A DNA stretch of 51,860 nucleotides. It comes from Aquihabitans sp. Lineage in GTDB: Bacteria; Actinomycetota; Acidimicrobiia; Acidimicrobiales; Iamiaceae. The notes under the pieces were generated by a model that was given only the letters and a program-made list of their open reading frames with translations, searched no databases and was not told the origin of the DNA. The stretch lies in NCBI GenBank assembly GCA_036263575.1, contig DATAGR010000794.1, positions 1 to 51,860 of the forward strand, written 5' to 3'. Of this stretch, positions 1 through 10,326 are shown one piece after another. The position numbers and the translations under genes were made by a program. Position 1 is the first letter of the stretch. The number at the start of each line of letters is the position of its first letter.

Positions 1-141
1 GCACCGCTCAACAGCTCCTCAGTCGCAAGCCGCGCACCGAGGTCGCAGTCTTCTGCCGCGAACCGGACGACGCCTCCACGCTCGCCGAGCTCCGCCAGAA
101 GGCCGCCCAGGCCACCGCCATCGCCGGCCGCACGATCGGCA
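1..141. repeat. Terminal direct repeat identical to 51720-51860 (circular assembly overlap)
   Basis: gcaccgctcaacagctcc...cacgatcggca occurs at both ends; the chaperone ORF reads across the junction. Confidence 0.95.
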
Positions 142-632
142 AGCCGCCGACCACCGCCCAGAAGAAGGCGGCACGCGAGGCCGAGAAGGCCGTGGACGAC
201 TTCCTGGCCGAGGTGCCCACCATCACCTTCCACCTCCGGGCCATCGGCCCGAAGAAGATGGAGGCCCTCCTGGCGAAGCACCCGCCCACCCAGGAGCAGA
301 TCGACGCCCACGAGGTCGAGCGCCAGGCCGAGAACGACGCCCTGGCCGCCGCTGGCAAGGCCGACCGGATCCCCGCCCTCCAGTGGAACCCCGAGACGTT
401 CCCCCCGGCGCTCATCGCCAAGTCCACCACCCGCCTCGTCGTCACCGGTGACGACGGCGGCGAGGTCGACGGGTCCGAGATCACCGCGGACGTCGTCACC
501 GAGATGGTCATGGAGAGCGAAGGCGGCTGGTCCCAGCAGGACCAGGCCGCCCTCATCAACATCTGCTCGGCCCTCAACCAGGCCGGCTCGGGCATCGCCC
601 GCGACCTCGTGGACCGCCTGGGAAAAGGCTGA
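3..632 (+). CDS. Tail assembly chaperone (G-like), 3' part; true start is the ATG at 51716 across the circular junction
   Basis: Frame open from the junction to TGA at 632; lies between major tail and tape measure; ends in slippery G GGA AAA. Confidence 0.85.
   Translation, partial: TAQQLLSRKPRTEVAVFCREPDDASTLAELRQKAAQATAIAGRTIGKPPTTAQKKAAREAEKAVDDFLAEVPTITFHLRAIGPKKMEALLAKHPPTQEQIDAHEVERQAENDALAAAGKADRIPALQWNPETFPPALIAKSTTRLVVTGDDGGEVDGSEITADVVTEMVMESEGGWSQQDQAALINICSALNQAGSGIARDLVDRLGKG
620..626 (+). other. Programmed -1 ribosomal frameshift site GGGAAAA
   Basis: CTG GGA AAA GGC TGA; the -1 frame is open into ORF 659-1003. Confidence 0.85.
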
Positions 633-1003
633 GAGATGACCCGGGCTTCGCAGACGCCATGGCCTACTGCGGGCCCCGGGGCATCCCCTACCTCCACTGG
701 CTCGGCGGCCGGGACCTCTGGGACGAGCTCAGCCGGGCCGCGGCCATCGCCTGGGCCGAGCGCGACGCCGACCGCTGCCCCGGCTGCGGGCTCCACCGCT
801 CCGACCTCCCGGCCGATCCCCGCCACGACCTGCCCGTCGAGGGCGCCTTCTTCAACTGCCGCGGCTGCGAGGTCAAGAACACGACGAAGCAGCCCGACGA
901 CAACCAGGACAAGGCCCGCAACCGCCACTTCTTCTGGCGCCACGCGGCGCCCAAGGCGCCCCGTGCATCCCGCCGCCGACGCCCTGATCGTGCGAGGCAC
1001 TAG
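620..1003 (+). CDS. Tail assembly chaperone frameshift extension (T-like; ORF track 659-1003)
   Basis: -1 frame product ...AMAYCGPRGIPYLHWLGG... with CPGC/CRGC motifs, directly before tape measure. Confidence 0.8.
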   Translation, partial: GKRLRDDPGFADAMAYCGPRGIPYLHWLGGRDLWDELSRAAAIAWAERDADRCPGCGLHRSDLPADPRHDLPVEGAFFNCRGCEVKNTTKQPDDNQDKARNRHFFWRHAAPKAPRASRRRRPDRARH

Positions 1004-1006
1004 GCC

Positions 1007-4000
1007 GTGAGCGCCTGGCGATCCCTGACCGTCGCCCTGACGGCGAACACCGCCGGCTTCGTCGGGCCCATGGGCAAGGCCGGCGCGGCGGCCAAGGGCT
1101 TCGGCGTCGCCATCGCCGTCGCCCTCGGTGCCAGCCTCGGCGAAGCCATCAAGTTCGAGTCCGCCATGGCCGGCGTCGCCAAGACGATCGACGCCACGGC
1201 GGCCGAGATGGCGGTGCTCGAGCAGGGCATCATCGACATGGCCAACCGGATGCCGGCCAGCCGCGAGGAGATCGCCGGCGTGGCCGAGGCGGCCGGCCAG
1301 CTCGGGATCAGCAAGGGCGCCCTGCTCGAGTTCACCGAGACCGCCGTCATGCTCGGCACCGCCACCAACCTCTCCGCCGAGGACGCTGCCACCGGTCTGG
1401 CGAAGATCGCCAACGTCATGGGCACCGCCGAGGCCGACTTCGACCGGCTCGGCGCCACCCTCGTCGAGCTCGGCAACAACGGCGCATCCACCGAGTCCGA
1501 CATCCTCGCCATGTCCGAGCGCCTCTCCGGCATCGGTGCCATCACCGGCGCCACCGAGGCCGACGTCCTCAGCCTGGCGAACGCCATGTCATCGGTCGGC
1601 ATCGAGGCCCAGCTCGGCGGCGGCGCCGCGCAGCGCATCTTCATCATGATCGAGGAGGCCGTCGCCAACGGCGGCGAGGGGCTGGCCGCCTACGCCGAGG
1701 CCGCCGGCATGTCGGCCGAGCGGTTCGCCTCGGCCTGGGAGACGGGGCCGGTCGAGGCCTTCGACTCGCTCGTCGGCAGCCTCGCCAACACCCAGGCCGA
1801 GGGCGGCAACGTCATCGGCATCCTGGAGGAGCTCGGCATCAAAGGCACCCAGAACCGGTCGGTGATGCTGCGCCTCCTCGGTGCCAGCGACCTCCTGTCA
1901 GAGTCGCTGAACGACGGCCGGCGGGCGTGGGACGAGAACACCGCTCTCGTCGAGGAGGCCGAGAAGCGCTACGAGACCGCCGCGGCTCGCCTCCAGATGT
2001 TCAAGAACCAGGTCACCAACGCCGGCCGAGAGATCGGCGAGCGGATGCTCCCCGCCCTCATCGACGGCGTCACCGCCCTCGGCCAGTTCGGCCAGGGCCT
2101 CGCCAACATCGCCGAGGGCCAGGGCGACAAGTTCGCCTACATCGGCCGCCAGATCGCCGGCGCCTGGGAGCACACCACGGTGATCCTCGGTCGGGTGGTC
2201 GAGGGCATCAAGCCGCTCGCCACCCTCCTCGGCGCCATCGTCGGTGGGACCATCGTCGTCGGCATCATGGGCCTGGCCACCGCTCTGGAGTCCACCGCTG
2301 GCTTCATCGCCGAGAACGAGTGGGCCGCCTACGGCCTCGCCGCCGCCCTCGGCATGCTCAACGCCACCCGCATCGCCTCCCTCTTCGCCGGCGTCGGCGA
2401 GATGGCCAGAGGTGCGGCCGGGAGTGTGCGCTACCTGGGCGAGATGATCCGCCAGGTGGCCGCCACCCGCGGCGTCTCCAACATGGCCGCCGCCTGGGGC
2501 ATGGTCGCCGCCAGCATCAACCCTGTCACCGTCGCCGTCGTCGCCGCCGCTGCCGCGATCGGCGGTCTCACCTGGTGGACCCGGAAGCAGACGGAGGCCG
2601 CCACCGACCTCGTCGGGTCCGGCCTCGTCCACTCCATGCGAGACCTCGCCGAGGGCCACGGCATCGCCGGCGCCCTGGCCGAGACCCATGGCCGGAACCT
2701 GGAGGGCATCGCCAGCGGCCTGGCCGAGATCCGCGAGCACTCCCAGGCCACCAAGACCGGCGGGTTCACCGGCACCGGCATGTGGGGGTGGATGGACACC
2801 TGGTTCGGCGACGGCGAGAAGTCGCAGGCCGCCCAGGACGAGATCGCCGAGCTCGGTGCATCGCTCGAGGAGCTCTGGTCATCCGATCCGACCGGCGCCG
2901 CGCTCGCCTGGGAGCGGTGGAGCCGGGTCCTGGACGATGCCGACATGAACCTGCTGGCCGAAGAGATGGGCCTCACCGGTACCGCTGTGAAGGCCTTCTC
3001 CGAGGACTTCGAGCGCAACTTCGAGGTCCTCCGCGAGGACACCGGGCTGACCCGCGGTGCCTTCGCCACCCTGGTCCGCGATCTCGACCTCGGCCCTGCC
3101 GAGCTCAGCACCGCCCGTGGCCGCTTCCTCATCCAGGACCACCTCCGCAGCCTCGCCGAGGCGGCCGGCTACACCGGCGACCAGATCGCCGAGGCGATGG
3201 TCACGGATCCCGAGCTGCTGGAGGAGGAGGCCGAGAAGCTCACCAAGTTCCAAGAGGACGTGGCGGGCGCCTTCGCCGGGTCCATGGACGTCGTCGCCGC
3301 CTTCTCCGGCCGCCAGACGGTGGCCGAGGTCCAGGCCGGGCTCGCCGAGATCCGTGCAGCGCACACGGAGGAGATCGGCGGGCTGGCCACCGACGCAGAG
3401 GACTACGGCGCCCGGGTCATGGAGATCCGCGGCAAGGAGGCCGAGGCGCTCCGTGCCTACCGCGAGGAGCACAGCGTCACCGCCGACGCGTTGGGCACCT
3501 GGTACGCCGACCAGACCGAGAAGATCGCCTCGTTCTCGTCGAACATCACCAAGGCCTTCCAGATGGGCTACGACCCGCAGCTCGTCTCCCGGCTCCTCCA
3601 GCAGGGCCCGGAGGAGGCCGCCGGGATGGTCGAGGCCATGGTCAACGACACGTCCGGTCGCCTCCTCGACATCACCACCATGGGCGAAGAGACGATGCGC
3701 AACTTCAACGAGCGCGTCCTCGAGATGGCCCGTCTCACCTTCAAGGCCACCGAGCAGTCGACCGCCGAGCAGGCCTCGTGGCTGGGTGAGGCCATGGCCA
3801 TCCAGGAGGCGATCGGCCGCCAGGGCGCCGCCGCCACCGTCCAGTCGATCGCCGACGAGCTCAAGCTGGGTCCCGGCCAGGTCGCCGAGATCATGTCGCA
3901 CTACGGCATCGAGGTCGACAACAGCGGCCAGTTCATGGCGGCGATCGGTCGACTGCGCTCGGGGGAGACCGCTGACGCCGTCGCCGAGGAGCTCGAAATG

Positions 4001-5503
4001 GGCGTCCCCGACGTGATCTGGGCGGCCGCCCAGCTCGGCATCCCGATCAAGGAGGAGACTGACCTCATGCAGGCGGTGGCCACCCTTGGGACGCGCGCCA
4101 CCGCCGACAACGTCGCCGAGGAGCTCAAGGTGGGCGTCGACGAGGTCATCTGGAGGGCCGCCGCCTACGGCGTCAGTCTCGCCGGCGCCGTCAATCCGAT
4201 CCTGTCCGCCACCGGAAAGCCGGAGATCGAGTTCAACGCCGGCGGGATCCGCTACCGCAACCGGGGCGGCCCCATCGACGGCCCCAACGTCGACCGCGAC
4301 GTCATCCCCGCCATGCTCACCCCCGGCGAGTACGTCCTCCGCAAGGACGCCGTCAAGCAGATCGGGGTCAGCACCCTCGACATGATGAACCGGACGGGCA
4401 CGCTGCCCGGCTTCAACACTGGCGGCGAGGTCCTCGTCGCCGCCGGCCGTCGCCTCGAGCAGGCCGGCGCCCGGATCAGCGAGCACCCCGTCTGGGACCG
4501 TGTCGACCCGGTCCACACGAAGAACAGCTACCACTACCGCAACAGCAGTGGCACCGGCGCCGATGCCTTCGATGCAAACAAGGGCGCCGGGACCTCCGGC
4601 GGCGAGATGGCCTTCTTCGACAAGTGGGCGCCGATCATCGCCGGCATGGGCTTGAGAGTCTTGTGGAGGGTGAAGGACCACTTCAACCACATGCACGTCG
4701 ACCTCGGCAAGGCCGGCTACGGCATGGGCGGGGCGGGCGCCCACTACGCCGTCGACCTCCCCAAGCCGCCCAGCATCGGCTCCCACGCCCTCGCCCAGGG
4801 CGGCGAGGGGATGATGGCGCTCGCCTACATGGCGGCCCAGGACTACGCGAACACCTCCTACGCCGCCTCGCTCGGCGGCACCGGGATCGGCCCCGGTGGC
4901 TCCCCGTCGGCGGCCCGGGCGATCGTTCAGCGGATGGCCGCCCAGCGGGGCTGGACCGGCGGCGAGTGGGACGCCCTCGACCGGCTGGTGCAGGGCGAGT
5001 CGGGATGGAACCCGAACGCCGCGAACCCGACCTCGAGCGCCCGCGGCCTGTTCCAGAAGATGACCTCGCTGCACGGCCCGGTCGAGCCGACTGTCGAGGG
5101 CCAGGCCAAGTGGGGCTTCGACTACATCGACGACGCCTACGGGTCCCCGTCCAACGCCTACCGCAAGTGGCTGTCCCGCTCGCCGCACTGGTACAACGCC
5201 GGCGGCTACATCCACCCCGAGCCGTGGGACACCCCCGGCGCCTTCCACGACGCCCCGCCCGGCCTCAACGCCTTCTGGAACGGCACCGGGCAGATGGAGC
5301 GGTTCCAGGCCCAGCCCGTCGGCCACCACCTCACCCCGGCCGACCGGGCCTTCCAGCCCATCCAGGCCACCATCGTCGTCCACAACTACCTCGGCAACGA
5401 GCACTTCGACTCCCGGATCATCCACCACGCCGAAGCCGTCGTCGGCGCCGCCTACGAGGCCGAGACCCGCATGACCCGATCGGGGGCCCGACATGGCACA
5501 TGA
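1007..5503 (+). CDS. Tape measure protein with C-terminal putative Zn-peptidase and lytic transglycosylase domains
   Basis: 1498 aa, Ala/Gly-rich; FESAMAGVAKT minor-tail N-terminus; GGPIDGP...PAMLTPGEYV; HTKNSYHY...HFNHMHV; GESGWNPNAANPTSSARGLFQ. Confidence 0.93.
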   Translation: MSAWRSLTVALTANTAGFVGPMGKAGAAAKGFGVAIAVALGASLGEAIKFESAMAGVAKTIDATAAEMAVLEQGIIDMANRMPASREEIAGVAEAAGQLGISKGALLEFTETAVMLGTATNLSAEDAATGLAKIANVMGTAEADFDRLGATLVELGNNGASTESDILAMSERLSGIGAITGATEADVLSLANAMSSVGIEAQLGGGAAQRIFIMIEEAVANGGEGLAAYAEAAGMSAERFASAWETGPVEAFDSLVGSLANTQAEGGNVIGILEELGIKGTQNRSVMLRLLGASDLLSESLNDGRRAWDENTALVEEAEKRYETAAARLQMFKNQVTNAGREIGERMLPALIDGVTALGQFGQGLANIAEGQGDKFAYIGRQIAGAWEHTTVILGRVVEGIKPLATLLGAIVGGTIVVGIMGLATALESTAGFIAENEWAAYGLAAALGMLNATRIASLFAGVGEMARGAAGSVRYLGEMIRQVAATRGVSNMAAAWGMVAASINPVTVAVVAAAAAIGGLTWWTRKQTEAATDLVGSGLVHSMRDLAEGHGIAGALAETHGRNLEGIASGLAEIREHSQATKTGGFTGTGMWGWMDTWFGDGEKSQAAQDEIAELGASLEELWSSDPTGAALAWERWSRVLDDADMNLLAEEMGLTGTAVKAFSEDFERNFEVLREDTGLTRGAFATLVRDLDLGPAELSTARGRFLIQDHLRSLAEAAGYTGDQIAEAMVTDPELLEEEAEKLTKFQEDVAGAFAGSMDVVAAFSGRQTVAEVQAGLAEIRAAHTEEIGGLATDAEDYGARVMEIRGKEAEALRAYREEHSVTADALGTWYADQTEKIASFSSNITKAFQMGYDPQLVSRLLQQGPEEAAGMVEAMVNDTSGRLLDITTMGEETMRNFNERVLEMARLTFKATEQSTAEQASWLGEAMAIQEAIGRQGAAATVQSIADELKLGPGQVAEIMSHYGIEVDNSGQFMAAIGRLRSGETADAVAEELEMGVPDVIWAAAQLGIPIKEETDLMQAVATLGTRATADNVAEELKVGVDEVIWRAAAYGVSLAGAVNPILSATGKPEIEFNAGGIRYRNRGGPIDGPNVDRDVIPAMLTPGEYVLRKDAVKQIGVSTLDMMNRTGTLPGFNTGGEVLVAAGRRLEQAGARISEHPVWDRVDPVHTKNSYHYRNSSGTGADAFDANKGAGTSGGEMAFFDKWAPIIAGMGLRVLWRVKDHFNHMHVDLGKAGYGMGGAGAHYAVDLPKPPSIGSHALAQGGEGMMALAYMAAQDYANTSYAASLGGTGIGPGGSPSAARAIVQRMAAQRGWTGGEWDALDRLVQGESGWNPNAANPTSSARGLFQKMTSLHGPVEPTVEGQAKWGFDYIDDAYGSPSNAYRKWLSRSPHWYNAGGYIHPEPWDTPGAFHDAPPGLNAFWNGTGQMERFQAQPVGHHLTPADRAFQPIQATIVVHNYLGNEHFDSRIIHHAEAVVGAAYEAETRMTRSGARHGT

Positions 5504-7286
5504 GGCCGTCGCGCTCCTCCTCAACCCCAGCGACACGAGCAAGGGCTACATCGTCTGGTCCCACGGCGAGGTCGCCCCCTTCGGCGGCGCCCCGCCCACC
5601 GACGCCGAGATCATGTTCACCAACCTCGTGATCGGCGGCCAGATCCTCGACTGGACCACCCCGTCGGGCGCCGTGTTCCTCGCCGACGGTGCCGTCGTCC
5701 CCTTCGGTGGCGCCGCCTGGTCCGAGCCCGCCACCCTCACCGCCTTCCCGATCGTCCGGGCCATGCACGCCAACCCCGCCGGCACGAACCAGGGCTACCG
5801 GATGCTGGCCGACGGCACGATCCAGAAGTGGGGGGTCGGCACCCCGAACCCGACCTATGTGCCGACCACCTCCGGCACCAACCTCGTCCGCGACTGGGCC
5901 TTCGAGTGGGGCACCCAGCGATCCCTCATCCTCCGGGCCGACGGGACCATGCAGACCTCGACCGGCGTCACCGGGTCCACCGTCGTCGTCAAGCCCGGCC
6001 GAGACGTCTACCGGTCGCTGGCCATCCGCGAATGGGACGCCACCCCCGGCTTCTGGGTCGCCGACTACGCCGGCACCATCTACAAGGGCAACGGCGCCGA
6101 GGACCCCGGCCTGGCCGGCCCGAAGTGGTACGGACGCGACATCGTGCGCGACCTCGCCGTCGTCGACGACGGCCTCGGCGGCGACCCCCTCACCCTCGCC
6201 GTGCTCACCAGCTACGGCTCGATCGGGCGCTTCACGATCTCCGACCCGCCCGTCGTCGACGTCGTCGCCCCCACCGGCACCATCACCACCACCACCCGCC
6301 CCCAGATCCGGTGGACCTACACCGACCCCGACGGCGACGCCCAGGCCGCCTACCACGCCCGCCTCTTCACCTCCGCCCAGTACGGCATCGGCGGCTTCGA
6401 CGCCGCCACCTCGCCAGCCACGGCCGAGTGGTACGGCGTCGACCGCACCGTCTTCGCCATCGACCCCACCACCGACCTCGCCAACGGCACCTGGCGGGCC
6501 TACGTCCGCTCCCGCGACACCGCCGGGCAGCTCTCGGCGTGGGACTACATCCAGTTCACGCAGAACGTCACGCCGCCCGCCACCCCGACCGTCGCGGCCG
6601 TCCTGGCGTCCAACTGGGCGGTGACGGTGACCACCTCCAACGCCAACATCTTCGGCTCCGTCGACGTCGAGTTCACCGACGACCCGCCGACGGCGACGAC
6701 CCGCACCTGGGACACCGTCCGCGGGTCGGGCGTCTTCCCCAACGGCTCCGGCGTGCTCGTCCTCACCGACCGAGAGGCACGGCTCAACGTGCCCCGCTAC
6801 TACCGGGCCCGGTCCCGGGTGTCCGGCCCTACCGTCGTCTCGGCCTGGTCGACGAGCACCGTCACCGTCACCGTCACCGAGGCGGCCCGCTGGCTTCTGT
6901 CCGCCCCCACCGAGACCGGCGCCCCCATCGCCGTCGACATCGACCCCGGCTTCTCGTGGTCCGAGCCCCTCGCCGCCGGCATCGTCCGCCCCCCAGGCCG
7001 CGCCGAGGCGATCGTCGTCCGCGGCGCCGGCGGCCGCCAGTCCGCCGAGGGCCAGGCCACCATCCGCACCCTCACCGCCGCTGCCCGCATCGCCCTGCGG
7101 TACCTCATCGACGGCACCCGCACCCTCTTGCTCCGATCCCCCTACGGCGAGCACTGGTACTGCGAGGTCACCGGCGACGTCGGCACCTCGATGATGGACG
7201 GCCTCGCCCCGACCGCCGGCGAGACCACCGAGATGCGCCACGCCCACGAGACCACGGTGACCTTCACCCAGACGAGCCGGCCGTGA
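5493..7286 (+). CDS. Minor tail protein (beta-rich, Ig/FN3-like modules)
   Basis: Follows tape measure with overlap; Thr/Val-rich; WTYTDPDGD and YVRSRDTAGQLSAW segments. Confidence 0.7.
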   Translation: MAHEAVALLLNPSDTSKGYIVWSHGEVAPFGGAPPTDAEIMFTNLVIGGQILDWTTPSGAVFLADGAVVPFGGAAWSEPATLTAFPIVRAMHANPAGTNQGYRMLADGTIQKWGVGTPNPTYVPTTSGTNLVRDWAFEWGTQRSLILRADGTMQTSTGVTGSTVVVKPGRDVYRSLAIREWDATPGFWVADYAGTIYKGNGAEDPGLAGPKWYGRDIVRDLAVVDDGLGGDPLTLAVLTSYGSIGRFTISDPPVVDVVAPTGTITTTTRPQIRWTYTDPDGDAQAAYHARLFTSAQYGIGGFDAATSPATAEWYGVDRTVFAIDPTTDLANGTWRAYVRSRDTAGQLSAWDYIQFTQNVTPPATPTVAAVLASNWAVTVTTSNANIFGSVDVEFTDDPPTATTRTWDTVRGSGVFPNGSGVLVLTDREARLNVPRYYRARSRVSGPTVVSAWSTSTVTVTVTEAARWLLSAPTETGAPIAVDIDPGFSWSEPLAAGIVRPPGRAEAIVVRGAGGRQSAEGQATIRTLTAAARIALRYLIDGTRTLLLRSPYGEHWYCEVTGDVGTSMMDGLAPTAGETTEMRHAHETTVTFTQTSRP

Positions 7287-7507
7287 TGATCCGGGCCCGA
7301 TTCGACCGGACGCTCAAGCGGCTGCTCGGCGTGCGCCGCCGTCCGTGCTCGGCCATCCGCGGCACGTCCTACCCCTACGAGCGCGGCTGGTTCGCCACCG
7401 GGCACGGCGTCGGGTACGGCGGCCCGATCCGGTGGGGCCGACGGATCGGCTGGGCCCGGGCATGGGTCGACGCCATCCGCCTCGAGCGGCGCGACCGGCG
7501 GGCCTGA
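7286..7507 (+). CDS. Small basic hypothetical protein (73 aa)
   Basis: TGATG coupling to the upstream gene; fills the gap to 7511. Confidence 0.5.
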   Translation: MIRARFDRTLKRLLGVRRRPCSAIRGTSYPYERGWFATGHGVGYGGPIRWGRRIGWARAWVDAIRLERRDRRA

Positions 7508-7510
7508 CCG

Positions 7511-8641
7511 GTGTACGACCAGCCCGACGAGTGGCTCGACCTCGTCCGCCGCGGCCACACGATGATCGAGACATGCGAAGTGCTCGACTTCGACGGCACC
7601 TCGCTCATGGAGCTGGACCTCGCCTCCGGCGACGTCACCGAGGACGCCGGCGCCGAGGTCCGCCACAACGTCTCGGTCGACATCGTCGACCCCATCGGCG
7701 AGCTCACCCCCGTGGACCTGGACGACCTCCTCATGCCCACCGGCCGACGGATCCGGGTCTCCCGGGGCATCGTCGGCACCACCGGCGACATGGTCCCCCT
7801 CGCCACCGTCTTCCTCACCGAGACCCGAGCCCGCCTCGACGGCGAAGGCCGCGCCACGGTGCCGCTCACCGGCTACGACCGCGCCATCCGGCTCCAGCGC
7901 CCCACCTCCCGGCCCCTCGCCATCCCCGCCGGCCGATCGACGCCCCTGGCCATCCGAGACCTGCTCCTCACCGTCGACCCGACGCTCACCGCCGACGTGA
8001 TGACCTCGGCCGGGACCACCCCCCGGCTCGTCTTCGAGTCCGACACCGACCTCTACGCCCAGGCCGGCGACCTGGCCGCCACCATCGGCGGCGAGCTCTA
8101 CGTCTCCCGCGACGACGTGCTGACCCTGCGCCCCGTCCCGCTCATCACCCCCTTCACGCCAGCCGTCTGGCGGATCACCGAGGAGGTCGACCCGCCCGAG
8201 CGCACCTCCACCGCCATCACGGCCGAGACCGTCATCGCCACCGACCGGATCCCCAACGGCATCATCGTCGTCGGCCAGCACTCCTCGATGACCGCTCCGG
8301 TGCGCGGCGAGGCCTGGGACATGCGCCCCACCTCACCCACCTACCGGCACGGCCCCTACGGCGACTACCCCCGCTTCGTCTCCACCGAGAAGGCCACCAC
8401 GATCGCCGCGGCCAACGCCATGGCCACCGCCATCCTCCAGACCGTCAACACCGCCACCGAGGTCGACGTCGAGGTATTCCCCCCGCCGTACCACCTCGTC
8501 GCCGGGGACATCGTCTGGGCCGACCTGCCGACCGTCGGCGCCTCCGGTCGCTACATCCTCTGGTCGATGTCCACCCCGCTCGCCGACCCCGGCGGCTCCG
8601 CCCAGATCACCCTCCGCCGTTCCATCACCGAGGACGCCTAG
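7511..8641 (+). CDS. Minor tail / baseplate hub-like protein
   Basis: Actinophage minor-tail style (SGDVTED...; SPTYRHGPYGDYPRF); position in tail module. Confidence 0.75.
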   Translation: MYDQPDEWLDLVRRGHTMIETCEVLDFDGTSLMELDLASGDVTEDAGAEVRHNVSVDIVDPIGELTPVDLDDLLMPTGRRIRVSRGIVGTTGDMVPLATVFLTETRARLDGEGRATVPLTGYDRAIRLQRPTSRPLAIPAGRSTPLAIRDLLLTVDPTLTADVMTSAGTTPRLVFESDTDLYAQAGDLAATIGGELYVSRDDVLTLRPVPLITPFTPAVWRITEEVDPPERTSTAITAETVIATDRIPNGIIVVGQHSSMTAPVRGEAWDMRPTSPTYRHGPYGDYPRFVSTEKATTIAAANAMATAILQTVNTATEVDVEVFPPPYHLVAGDIVWADLPTVGASGRYILWSMSTPLADPGGSAQITLRRSITEDA

Positions 8642-9805
8642 ATGCTCTCCCGCCGCCTCCGCCGCACCATCGGGTCCAAGGCCGCCACCCAGCGCTTCGC
8701 CGAGCGCCCCGCCGGGCCGATCAAGATGGCGACCGTCACCGAGGTGATCCCCGGCGACGGCACCCCCGGCAGCGCGTATGCCACCGTCGAGCTGTCCGAC
8801 GGCACCGAGACCACCCTCTACCCGACCGGGGGCTATCTCCCCGCCGTCGGCGACCAGGTGCCTGCCATCGCCAACGGCGGCGACCTCGTCGCCTTCACGA
8901 CGCGCCAGATGGTCGACGGCGACATGCAGTCCAGGACATGGGCAGGCGTCGACGGGCCCCCGGGGTGGATGCTCACCGCCGACGGCATCCTCTACGCGGT
9001 CAGCGGCCACTTCAGTGGCACCGTCGAGGCCACCGAGTTCCGAGTGGTCGACTCCCTCGGGGCTGTCCGCATGGTCATCGACGAGCCCGACTTCGGCCCC
9101 GCCGTGATCGCCTTCTACACCGGCGTCGCCACCGAGTCGATTCCCGGGCTGCTGGGCCGGTCCTCCTTTGGCGGGCTCACCATGATCTCGTCGACCAGCG
9201 CAGGCGGCGCGAAGTCCGGGCTGAACGTGCGCCGCAGCTCCACCGGCGGCGGCACCCGGGGGACGGCGGTGCTGTACGCCAACGACGACGGCAACGTCAA
9301 CATCGTCGAGATGACGGTCCTCCCCGACGACATCCTCGTCAACGTCAACGGGTCCACCCGGAGCCTCCTCACCCCGCCCACCTTCCACGCCGGGCGCACC
9401 ACCGTGCAGAGCCCGAGCGCGTCGACCTGGCAGGCCCTCACCCACACGACCGTCCACAAGAACCGCGGCTTCACCATCGTCGGCACCAACCAGTACCGCC
9501 CGGACACGCCGGGCCGGTACCGGGCGACCGCCACCGTCGAATGGACGGGCGGCACCTACTGGGCAGGCACCCGGATCAGCAAGAACGGCACCGGCATCGG
9601 TGGCGCCTTCGCCGCCGGCACCGCCGACTTCCGCGGGGTCGGCCACAGCATCACCGACGCGATCCACGGGGCATCCCAGGTGGCCACGGAGACCTTCACG
9701 CTGAACGGCACCAGCGACTACCTCCAGGTGGCCGGCTACCCCTCGGTGGGCGGCGAGAACGCCACCATGCTCGACCTGCTCATCGAGTACGTCGGGCCCC
9801 TCTAG
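8642..9805 (+). CDS. Minor tail / spike or receptor-binding protein
   Basis: N-terminal OB-like spike segment (YLPAVGDQV), C-terminal beta domain; last tail gene. Confidence 0.65.
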   Translation: MLSRRLRRTIGSKAATQRFAERPAGPIKMATVTEVIPGDGTPGSAYATVELSDGTETTLYPTGGYLPAVGDQVPAIANGGDLVAFTTRQMVDGDMQSRTWAGVDGPPGWMLTADGILYAVSGHFSGTVEATEFRVVDSLGAVRMVIDEPDFGPAVIAFYTGVATESIPGLLGRSSFGGLTMISSTSAGGAKSGLNVRRSSTGGGTRGTAVLYANDDGNVNIVEMTVLPDDILVNVNGSTRSLLTPPTFHAGRTTVQSPSASTWQALTHTTVHKNRGFTIVGTNQYRPDTPGRYRATATVEWTGGTYWAGTRISKNGTGIGGAFAAGTADFRGVGHSITDAIHGASQVATETFTLNGTSDYLQVAGYPSVGGENATMLDLLIEYVGPL

Positions 9806-10155
9806 CCCAGCCGCAGGTCGACCCGGGCCGCCCACCACCGACGGTCGCGCCCGGCAGCCACCTCGGCGAGCACCTCGGCCGGGACGGCGACGGTCAACCC
9901 CGGCACCGACACGACGAGGTCGATGCCATCGAAGGCCGAGCTGGTCGCCACCAGCGTGCCCGCCGCCTCGGTGAGGTCCCAGGCTGCCCGGAGGCGCTCC
10001 AGGCGCCCCGTGGCGGCCACGACGAGGCCGCCCGGCCCAGCGGTGAGGCTCACGCCCCGCAGCGGCGTGGAGGCCTCCACGGCCTCGACCCACATGGGCG
10101 CCACCGTGGCGACCACCAGCCGCCAGACCGGCCCACTCGACAGGGAGACGTTCAC
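9802..10155 (-). CDS. Hypothetical protein
   Basis: ORF convergent with the tail operon; GTG start at 10155 is a guess. Confidence 0.4.
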   Translation of the reverse strand: MNVSLSSGPVWRLVVATVAPMWVEAVEASTPLRGVSLTAGPGGLVVAATGRLERLRAAWDLTEAAGTLVATSSAFDGIDLVVSVPGLTVAVPAEVLAEVAAGRDRRWWAARVDLRLG

Positions 10156-10159
10156 GGGG

Positions 10160-10326
10160 CCGCCGGGGCCGCGGTGGGGCCGCAGGAGATATGGGCGCCG
10201 TGGGGCCAAGTGGGAGGTTTGGACACCGTGGACACCTCTCCGCCCCTGGTCAGAGCGTTTCCCCTGGTTCTGGTGGTGAGCTGGCCTGTAGGCGGGGGAT
10301 CGGACACCAGGTGCGCTGACCTGGGA
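10160..10326. other. Putative attP region
   Basis: Non-coding gap just downstream of the integrase; short direct repeats TGGACACC (10220, 10229; GGACACC 10302), GTGGGGCC (10174, 10200), CCCCTGGT x2 resemble arm-type sites. Confidence 0.55.

Noticed and set aside
8642-9805. Diversity-generating retroelement target
   Set aside because: No reverse transcriptase and no template/variable repeat pair seen.
10210-10326. tRNA-derived att core
   Set aside because: No recognisable tRNA 3' end on either strand; attB cannot be inferred without the host.
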